Shown here piece after piece: positions 53,555-64,000 of a stretch of 64,000 bases of DNA. The notes beneath the pieces are model-generated. The model was not told the origin of the DNA. It did not search any database and was given only the letters and a program-made list of their open reading frames with translations. The translations under genes and the position numbers were made by a program. How positions within the stretch are numbered: position 1 is the first letter of the stretch; every line of letters begins with the position of its first letter. The stretch lies in assembly GCA_964016885.1 (NCBI GenBank), contig OZ024741.1, positions 59,768,001-59,832,000 on the forward strand. The letters run 5' to 3'. The DNA is from Eledone cirrhosa (taxonomy: Eukaryota).

Positions 53555-54814
53555 GGTGGGGCATAATTCCTATTACAAAGTTTTAAATCAATTTAAAAAT
53601 AGATTATGTTGCTAATGTAACTAATATATTTGTATCAAATCCATGCACTATAACCATATTAACTATTTTTCAGAAAATTACTCCATTAACTATTTGCAAT
53701 GTCCATAGAATTGAAAAGAAAGTTCATATAGAGAAGCATGAAAAAGGCCTGACTCCACCCAAGATATTTAAACTGGGGAAAATTCATAAGATCAATAGAA
53801 TGTTGATCAAAAGGACAATTAATCGATTTAAGGACACTTCCACACCCAAAGACAGACCTCAATCCGGACACCCTCGCACCTCAAGAACACCAAAACTTGT
53901 TAAAAGTGTGAGGGAAAAAATAAGGCGTAATCCAAGAAGGTCCATGAGAAAAATGGCAGAAGAAGCAGAAACATCGCCGAGAACTATACGGAGGATATGT
54001 CGAGATGATCTGGGGATGTCACCCTATAAGTTCCAAAAGAGGCAGCTTCTTTCTGCAGCCACAATTGAAAATAGGCTCTCGAGAATTAAACAGTTATTGG
54101 ACCGTATCAAGGATGGCACGCTGCAAAACATGACCTTTACAGATGAGAAGTTATTCACTGTGCAGCAGTCTCACAATCATCAAAATGATCGAGTACTTGC
54201 AAAAAGTCTCAAATCAATGCCTTCAAGTGTAGAAATAGTGTTCAGAACAGGGAAACCAGCATCAGTGATGGCTTGGGCAGCCATTTCTGATAGAGGGAAG
54301 TCTCCTCTGATTTTTGTTCCTCAAGGAGTTAACATTAACAAAGAACTTTGCATAAAGGATATTTTGGAAGGAGCACTGATGCCATGGTGCATATCTGTTT
54401 ATGGCGATGACATTTGGACTCTCCAACAAGATGGAGCGACGAGCCACACTGCTTGCGTAACACAAAAGTGGTGTAGAGACATCACCAGATCTCAACCCTC
54501 TCAATTTTTCCTTATGGTCAATTCTTGAGAGTGAAGCCTGCTCTACTCCTAGCCAAAATATTGAAACTCTAAAATCAAGACTGAATAAAGTATGGGAGAA
54601 AATACCCATGGAAACTGTTCGTGCAGCCATCGAAGACTTTCTTACAAGTCTTCGAGCAGTAGTGAGAGATAGAGGAAAGCATTTCGAATACATTTTGGGG
54701 CAGTTGTTTAATAGTATATTACTTACTATTTGTTGAAGTCAGATCTTGAAATAAATGTTTTTTTTCAAGAACTATTTGCATTTTATTTTGTAACAGTTTT
54801 TATGCCCCAGCCTG
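53552..54814 (+). mobile_element. Tc1/mariner DNA transposon (maT/DD37D-like), non-functional
   Basis: Imperfect TIRs cagggtggggcataa / ttatgccccagcctg flanked by TA; transposase inside. Confidence 0.88.
53800..54690 (+). pseudogene. Tc1/mariner transposase (HTH + DDD), deletion/frameshift near the third catalytic residue
   Basis: DRPQSGHPRT, RRNPRRSMRKMA, FTDEKLF, QQDGATSH; SPDLNPLNFSLWSILE continues in another frame. Confidence 0.85.
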
Positions 54815-54826
54815 TATATATATATA

Positions 54827-55206
54827 TACAAGAAGTCTAAGTCAACAGGTTAAAATTAACTTCGTTTGTTCATATTCACTGCAATATATATTTCGGTGAT
54901 AACCATTATTCAACAGTTATGACCTTATCAGGCAGCTAGAGCTTGAACAGAAAAAACAGGGAAACATAATGACGGAATAAAGATTACCTTGTTAATTCTT
55001 AGATATGCCAAGATCTGAAATGGTAATCATCGAAATATATATTACAACAAAAATGAATAAATGAAGTTACTTTTAACCTGTTGACTTACATATCTTGTTT
55101 TGAATTACTCCGGAGGAAACAGACTCACTTGCGCACTTCGTTGAATGCTCTAAGCTGCATACTGAAGTGTCGGCAAGCAACCAACAAATACTCAAATGTT
55201 TTCTAT
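54827..55206. mobile_element. Diverged fold-back element + tail with decayed hammerhead
   Basis: taagtcaacaggttaaaa / ttttaacctgttgactta arms; minus strand ctgc-CTGATAA...cc-GAAAtatatattgcag. Confidence 0.65.
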
Positions 55207-55239
<33 letters not shown>

Positions 55240-55440
55240 GTGAGGTTTTTTTACAAAATGAAAAATAACCGAGGTGTCCTACACGAGTGAAAGTATAAAG
55301 AAAAAGAGATGAAATCGAAAATGCAACTGGAGTCTTATTTTTTTTTAAAATATATATATTTATTTGGTTCCTTTACCGGTTTCGCAGTTCTTCTGCTTTT
55401 CAAAAGGTGAGTTGAGATGGAGGGTCTGTGGTTTTTCTCA

Positions 55441-55531
55441 CATCGAAATGGCTTGAGCTCTGCCGTCGGGGTCATACTTGTTCCTATATATATATATATA
55501 TAAATATATATATATATAAATATATATATAA

Positions 55532-55566
<35 letters not shown>

Positions 55567-55716
55567 ACGAAGGAAATGTGGTAAGGAACCAGATGGACCA
55601 TAACGCACCAAAGTACCCAATACTTAGGATAGTAGAGTGGGTAATAGGAACAAGTATGACCCCGATGGCAGAGCCGTCGAAATGGCTTGAGCTCTGCTGT
55701 CGGGGTCATACTTGTT

Positions 55717-55720
<4 letters not shown>
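55441..55720. mobile_element. Family A elements (single arm + tail/arm copy)
   Basis: Homologous to 2668-2860. Confidence 0.7.
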
Positions 55721-55752
<32 letters not shown>

Positions 55753-55797
55753 TATATATATATAAATATATATATATATAAATATATATATAAATAA

Positions 55798-55864
<67 letters not shown>

Positions 55865-55871
<7 letters not shown>

Positions 55872-56235
55872 ACTAGAAATTGATTGACATATATATATAT
55901 TTAAAAGAAACACATGAAACAATCACAGGGGATAATTTGTAAAGTGTGTAATCACACACAGCTAGGTAGGTAATTAATTAAAGTTTAACTAGATCTTCAA
56001 ATATTACCTTTTAAAAAATGATTAATCCTTTTTTTGATTACACACTTTACAAATTATCCCTTGTGATTGTTTCATGTGTTTATTTTAAATATATATATAT
56101 ATGTCAATCAATTTCTAGTTGATATAAAATACTCGGATCTATTCAGTGGAATCTTTGAGCTTATTCTACAGTGGGTATGGCGCATGTCTCGGACATGGCT
56201 CCTTTAATTTAATTTAACGAAATTTATTTAGGACA
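55865..56235. mobile_element. Fold-back element (arms ~90 bp + ~110-bp tail) in (TA)n
   Basis: 55865-55954 is inverted at 56035-56126. Confidence 0.75.
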
Positions 56236-56264
56236 TATATATATACGAAATAAAAACAAAAAAA

Positions 56265-56450
56265 AATCTGGTTCGCGCCTTCTTTCTCACTAAATATAAA
56301 GACTAATAATGTAGGTAAGAAATTCTTAGATTTTATTGATAAGCACTTTACACCACAACATAGATACAATAAAATCTTCAATCGACGTTCACTGAGAGTA
56401 TTCTATTCTTGTGCGCCATCCATGATATTCAAAATGACTGCAAAACCTAA
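56265..56450 (+). pseudogene. PLE thumb/linker fragment
   Basis: NVGKKFLRF.DKHFTPQHRYNKIFNRRSLRVFYSC, similar to KHFHPTHKYSNIFNRNTIKISYS at 51080-51150. Confidence 0.6.
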
Positions 56451-57754
56451 ATCAGAGGAGGAAGAAAGACGACTGTCCATTACATCAACATTGTAATGTA
56501 AAGTCCATATAAGAGGCAGAGATCAAATACACAAACGTCAACAGGCCAGAGACACGTGAAAATTATGTATTATTTGACAGATACGGAATGTTTTCAAGAC
56601 AATGTACATGAAAAGAAAGCAGCATGGGAAAGGACTTTAAATGCCATTAATTAGAGGAAAAGTAGAAAAAACGCAAGGACTATTAGACAACAGAAGAAAG
56701 AAAGGGGGAAGGGGAGAAGATGAGAGACTCTACACCAAGGTCAGAGGGGTGTTTCGGCTGACAAAAGTGCAAAGACATTTCCGCGATCAATGACCAGCGA
56801 CACCCGCTGCAACAGCTACCCCACTTCGCGTTAATTGGTAAATATATGACAATATATTAACTAAGTATAGGGTTCATTAAAGATGTCAAATGGATGATCA
56901 ACAATTGATCCGTATGCTGACGTATCGCCAGTTATAAAGAAATATAACATACAAACAGAAAGAAAGAAAAAATTAAAACAAGTGGAAAGAAAGGAAGATT
57001 ATAAAAAAGAAGCGCTAGAGAAATGGGTAGGGGGCAAAATCAACACCTTTCGTTTGAATGTATTTCTCAGCTGTGACCCGCGTTGAACAATATTGAGGAA
57101 TTACTTCCGCACTGAACAGCCAGCGATAGCCGGTGCATCAGCTGTTCCAACTCATAGGGAAAGCTACAGTCACAGCTGCGTGCTGCAGATAAGATAACGA
57201 AAGCAATGCCTCTAAAAACAGCCAGCGTTACTCACTGTATTAGTCCACTGCATCTCGTAGGGAAAGTTGTGTCCCGCAAACATGATGTTGAAAGATTTGC
57301 CGCGGAGTAAATAACTAAAAAAATCAATATTCTTCTAAATTTTCATATATCAACATTTGGTATATTTTCATTCGTAGAATAATTTCATTTAGGTTGAATG
57401 GTTTATGTCAATGATACATAGATAGATTGTTCGATTCCATGTGGTTGCATGTTCAGCAAGTGTAATTTATCATGCCGTACTCTCGACACATGTCATAGCA
57501 GCGCAATTGGGTAGACGGAAATTTCTTAGAAGCCCGTTGATGGACTCTACCTCTTATTAAAAGGTCCAGACTCGTCAAACACTGTGTCAAGCTGAAATTT
57601 CCCGAGAATATTTTATAGATGCACGTACCTGTAGAATTCTGAGTCGGGTATATAGTATTTTCATGATTAGGCTCTTCCTTTGATCGAACAATTGGAATAC
57701 TCTTCAACAAAACAGGTCGTGGTACATTCTATGAGTTCTTGCCTACTATAAAGG

Positions 57755-57915
57755 TTTCCAATTTAGGCACAAAACGAGAAATTTGGAAAGACGGGGGAAA
57801 GTCGATTATACCAATCCCGGTACTCAAATATTAGTTTATTACATCGGGGAAAGGTAAAGTTGGCCTTGCTGGGATTGATCTCAGAACGTAAAGAGTCGTA
57901 GCTAAATGCCACAAT
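57755..57915 (-). mobile_element. Diverged SINE
   Basis: tttaggcacaa...aaaggtaaagttggccttgctgggattgatctcagaacgtaaag resembles 38405-38525. Confidence 0.55.
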
Positions 57916-58185
57916 GTGTAGCAGACGGTATTAAATATATCGAAACATTTATAGTGAACTGAAAAAGAAAACATTTACTTTAGGAATAAAAACACGATAA
58001 TAAATCAGGTGAAATGAAATGTATGCATAAACATTTTAAAGATAAAGCAAAAACAGAACTAAGTCAATTACTAGTTGTACGAGCATGTGTATGTTTGTGC
58101 AGAAAATTACTAGCTTGTCTGTTGTGGATATTTCTGTGTATGTCAGTATGCGTGAAAGAATAAGAGACAAAAAAGACATTAATGC

Positions 58186-59170
<985 letters not shown>

Positions 59171-59707
59171 CTTAACTGAACATATCATTACCAGTTTGTG
59201 TGCGTAGAGAGATATTTGCGCACGCGTATATATGTAATTGTGTGCAATATAGGAGACAAAAAAGTCATTAATGCAATCCGTTACTACAACAGGACTATGA
59301 GCTATGATGTAAATAAATATTTTATATCGGGCTAGAAGGAATCACGAAGAAATACGGCAACAGTTGACGCTGCCTATTATATAATAGGCTTCGTTCGAGT
59401 CAGAAATCTTAGAGGAAACATCTGAACATCTGTTTACATATTTAAACAGACTAGTTGTGTGCAGATATGGAATGCAAAGTCAATGAGGTAACTAATACTG
59501 ACTTGATTGATGAACGTGTATAAGGGACGTGAGGGATGAGCATGTATAATGTAAAGTATGGCAGAGAAAGACAAAATATATTTGGCGCAATGTGTATTTT
59601 CTATATTTTATTGAGGAGGGTGTGCTTCATAGAATCAGATGAGATAGTGAATGTGATAGAGTCTAGGGCTATTGTAGAAAAAGAGTTATATATATATATG
59701 TGCGTGA

Positions 59708-59952
59708 AGGCGTATGGCTTAGTGGTTAGAGCATTGTGCTTGCAGTCGAAAGGTTGTGAGTTCAATTCTCGGACCGGGTGATGTGTTGTTTCATTGAGCA
59801 AGACACTTTATTTCACGTTGCTCCAGTTTACTCAGCTGTAGAAATGAGTACCGGCCTGCCCGCCCCGCCAGTGGGATGGCGTTATCTTATGGCTAAAGCA
59901 GCACGACGTGCTGATTGGCGCCCGACAGACTGGTCGGTCAAGGGGATCAAGG
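59708..59952 (+). mobile_element. tRNA-derived SINE
   Basis: A box tggcttagtggtt, B box gagttcaattc, followed by ttgagcaagacactttatttcacgttgctccagtttactcagctgtagaaatgagta. Confidence 0.75.
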
Positions 59953-59998
59953 TAATATATATATATATACATATGCAGAAACACACACACACCATCAT

Positions 59999-60083
<85 letters not shown>

Positions 60084-60161
60084 CATGGTGGCTGCCAACT
60101 CGTTTTCGAGTACGGCCACTACTTTATATCCATGTAGGAGAACCCTTACCGATGCGCTGAA

Positions 60162-60573
60162 CGAGTGTGACTTTTTAGTCCAGTCAGCGACTTCTAAACT
60201 CTGGTACAAACACTACACCTGTGACAAATACTGACACATAGTGCTGGGCCCATGGTACCATGTGATGACAAGTGCAGAGAGATCTCCAGATATAAAGCAA
60301 AGCCTGTGCCGTGAAGCTTTTATAGTGAGCAAAGACACTGCACAAAGCCAGTCCCACTCTCTTAACCAGGATGAACAAGTGTAACTTTTTAGTCCAGCCA
60401 GCGACTTGAATACTCTGGTACAAATTATTCACACATAGTGCTGGGCCCATGATACCATGTGACGACAAGTACAGAGAGAGATCTCCAGATATAAAGCAAT
60501 GCCTGTGCCGTGAAGCTTTTATAGTGAGCAAAGGCACTGCACAAAGCCAGTCCCACTCTCTTAACCAAGATGA
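60162..60573. repeat. Tandem duplication of a ~200-bp unit (2 copies)
   Basis: ctttttagtccag...cccactctcttaacca(g/a)gatga at 60171-60374 and 60385-60573. Confidence 0.85.
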
Positions 60574-61261
60574 TATTTACCAAAAAGAAGAATATGTCAA
60601 TATCATTGGATACCATCAGAGTTGCAGGTGTTATATCAGAGTTTTTCTTCTCCTAGAATTCTGCCTTGACAAAGGCTAACATACATACATACATACATAC
60701 ATACATACATACATACATACATACTCACACATATATATTGATTTGGAAGAAAACAAGGCAGCAGAAGATAAAAGCTGAATTTTAACTTATGAATGAATAC
60801 ATTTTTTCTCCGACAATGTGACAATAATTTGGAGTAGATATGCGATATTATATTTTATTTCACTTTTGCCTTTATAAATATATCTCATATCGTGAAATAT
60901 TCTTTTTGTTCCTTCCAGTACTGTATTGGACGCAGAATGGCTTCAGTATTACCCGGACTCAAGTCCGATCACATTGCGTGGCATCTTCAGCACGTGTCAG
61001 TTACTCTAGAATTGGCTCGACCAATAACTTGTAAATAAGATTGAGTATGCGGTAACTGATTCGAACCTTGTTGGGTGGATTGTGTTTTCAATGGAGAAGG
61101 CTAGTCTTGTCGCACATTATGTCAAGCTGAGTCTTCCTGAGAAATAGGTCAAGGGTACACTCGTCCCTAGAATACTCAGCCGCATACGTTACCAACTGTA
61201 TTTTTGAAAGTAATGTGATAGGATTTAAAGAAACGTTATCTCAGTATTGGATATAGTGATA

Positions 61262-61478
61262 TTGGTGTAGGACAGAACAAAGGAGAGACACACAAAATAA
61301 AAACATAGTCACTGATGATGTCACAGAATGTGTGCCGAGCGAAGTTTGGCAATATATAAACAAACTTCCGGTTATCGAACCAACAAACAAACCGGAAATT
61401 TATAATAAATTGAAGTGAAAATCAGCAGGTGCGTCTGTTTTTTTATTGGAAACATGACCCTCCCAAAGTATCACAATA
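61262..61478 (+). mobile_element. Diverged solo pLTR of the 27.5-30 kb PLE family
   Basis: agtcactgatgatgtcacagaatgtgtg...ttattggaaacatgaccctcccaaagtatcacaata matches 29710-29960. Confidence 0.75.
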
Positions 61479-61482
61479 TATA

Positions 61483-64000
61483 TCTATATATATAAAACAA
61501 AGAATGTCTATGTATCTGTTTCCCTAATATTCGAGAAGTACCCAACCGTTTTATTTCAAACTTTATACATGTAATACGTATAGCGCTGCGAGTGTTTAGA
61601 GCTAAGAAAAATTTCAAATTATTTAGTCCTAGGGATCGAATTAGTGAAGTGGCCAATGTCTGTATATAATGAGGGAGTGAGAGGGGAGAGAAAGAAACGG
61701 AGAGGTGAAGAGACGAAGTGGCTCTCTACTCCCCCACCCCCCCCTCCATCTCCCCATTCGTCACAGCGTTTTTCGATAGAGGGGAGAAATGTGAGTTAGT
61801 TATAAAGAGAAAGAATGGGAGTGAAAGAAACAGACAGACTAAAAGAGGGGGATAGCAGGAGAGACAGAGAGAAGGCGACAGACGCTGTGTTTGATACATG
61901 ACAGTGGAAGAGGGGAAGAAAAGCTATAACTAATTAACATGTGTGCGCGTGTGTGTGTGCGTGCGCGTGTGTGTGCGTTCGTGCAGCGTTCCACTAAGAG
62001 TTAAATTTATTAATATGCGTGCACACGTGCGTGCGTGAGTTTGCGTGCGTTTGTGCGTTTGCGTGTGTGTGTGTGTATACGTGCGTGTGGTGTTTTACTT
62101 ACGCCATTTTGTTCAGTGACAACATATTCACTAACTTACACTCATTCCAACCGCTGCTCTTACTGTTAACCCTCTCCCTATCCATACCACGGTTAAGACA
62201 GCACCCATGGCCTAGCAATTATATAGTCAACCGTTCGGAAATCACATGCATCGGTTTTAATTCACTGACGAGTTTACTCCTTATAATGAGTTTCAGTGTA
62301 CTTCGTCCTGCTTTTAGGTCATGCATCGAAGGAAGAGATACTCCATTGGCCGAAAAACTGCGAAAGCAGCAACAAGAACAGGGCGGGCAAACGAATCTGC
62401 TATTCGACGGTCGCAAGATGCTAAACATGCTGCCACCAGAAGAGCACTTGAAACAGACAACCAAGGAACCATTCGCCGAACCGCTAATGCCGCATCAACT
62501 TCTGTTGCGCGAGCTGCCGAGACGGAAGACCAGCGTAAAAGACGTCAGAGTACGGATGCTGCGAATACTGCTGCCGCTTGAGCTACACAGACCTCGCAAG
62601 AATGAGACATTCCACTACAATGTAATGTTCAACGAAGGGCCTTTGGGCAGGGTATTTCAAGGCCGTGTTGCTCACGATGGTCCTTAAAAGCATTCGTGTA
62701 CAACCCTGACTATGATTACAGTGGCCATCCAGACATGCGAATTGGGAGTATGTCAAAGACGTGCTCTTACTGCAATGCAAAAAAGTGGCCCAGAGAAACA
62801 CCTGGCTTGTGTTGCGCAAATGGAAAAGTAAAATTACGGCTCCTGGAGGATCTACCACAACCGTTGAAGTTCCTATATTCAGGCAGTACTGCGGAGTCAC
62901 TGAATTTCTGACTTACATCCGGAAGTATAACTGTGCATTCCAAATGACATCTTTCGGGGCGAACATTGTCAAGGAAAGCGGATTTATGCCCACATTTAAG
63001 GTGCAAGGTCAGGTGTACCATATAATCGGATCCCTCCAACCTGCCGCCAATCAAGAACCCCAATTTCTTCAGCTGTACATTGTTGGGAATGTCAACGAGC
63101 AGGCAGCCATGAGGAACTCCATTTCACCTGGTACCAACGTCGAACTTATAAGGAAACTGCAAGACATTCTGCACACAAAAAACAGCTGTCATTAGCTTCA
63201 GCTATGCCTTGGAAGCAGATACCACAGCCAATTTTAATGTGGTAATTGATGCCTCGAAAATGCCATCTGGGGAGCATCCGGCTCGGTATAATTATCCTGC
63301 ATGCAATGAAATCGCTGTGCTTATGCATGGGGGTCAGCATAATCCAAGAAACATTGTCGCCAAGCGTCGAGATAGCATTCTTTAGCGAATCAGCGAAACA
63401 CATAGGTCTTACGATGCGCTCCAGTATCCACTTCTCTTTGTAAATGGTGAGGACGGCTATCAGTACGGAATTCACCAGCATAATCCAGTAAACCCTCAAA
63501 ACTCCGTCAAAAAACCAGTTTCATGCATGGATTTCTACTGCTACCGCTTCATGGTTCGTCACGATTGCTTCAATGACCTACACCAGTCAAGAGACCTACT
63601 TCAGCAATTCGCCGTTGATATGTGCGGAAAATGGAATAGGAGAGCCTGTGTTTCATACGGTCACACCAAAGGCAACTGCGGTCCAAGAGCTACATCCATC
63701 TCCGAGATGCCATCAACAATGACGCAGCTCCCAGTAGCGTAGGAAAAGTCTACATTCTCCCCTCCACCTTCACCGGAAGTCCGCGCTACATGCACGAGAG
63801 AACGCAGGGTGTTATGACCTACGTACGGCATTACGGCAAGCCCGATTTGTTTCTTCACATTCACTTGCAATCCAAAGTGGAAGGAGATCGGGGCAGAACT
63901 GTTCCAAGGGCAACAGGCCAAAGACAGGCATGACCTTCTGGCCCCAGTCTTTCGGGTGAAGCTTATCAATCTTATGGAGCTCATCAAGAGCGGGCAAGTC
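61483..64000 (+). mobile_element. Helitron, 5' portion (runs off the window)
   Basis: A^TCTATATATATAAAA 5' terminus; Rep-region coding remnants downstream. Confidence 0.85.
62270..64000 (+). pseudogene. Helitron Rep/helicase N-terminal and Rep region, frameshifted
   Basis: CSYCNAKKWPRETPGLCCANGKV; IRKYNCAFQMTSFGA; YDALQYPLLF; FTGSPRYMHER...YVRHYGKPDL; TFTCNPKWKEI. Confidence 0.85.

Noticed and set aside
59708-59780. tRNA gene
   Set aside because: A/B boxes are present but there is no proper acceptor stem, and it continues into a SINE body
62019-62687. 222-aa ORF as a captured gene in the Helitron
   Set aside because: Overlaps the frameshifted Arg/Ala-rich Helitron N-terminal region and starts in a (TG)n-like tract

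Overview
Eukaryotic, AT-rich, essentially gene-free DNA, most likely from an animal. The SINE families and the density of (TA)n/(CA)n/(GA)n tracts suggest a cephalopod such as Octopus; this is an inference. No host exon could be supported. The window is a mosaic of transposable elements, many nested in (TA)n. It holds an open CR1-type LINE ORF2, a near full-length decayed Tx1/L1-type LINE, RTE and REL-clade LINE fragments, several Penelope-like elements (PLEs; RT + GIY-YIG), a Tc1/mariner element, Helitron sequence and tRNA-derived SINEs. The most notable signal is non-coding. Two head-to-tail arrays of a 462-526 bp unit (21.7-23.9 kb and 25.8-27.4 kb) carry a minimal type-I hammerhead ribozyme in each full unit, seven copies in total, which is a retrozyme-like or mini-PLE arrangement. 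About ten unrelated fold-back elements share one grammar, (TA)n-arm-inverted arm-unique tail-(TA)n, and several carry their own intact or decayed hammerhead. All long YI/HT/CV/ER-rich ORFs in the track are microsatellite artefacts.
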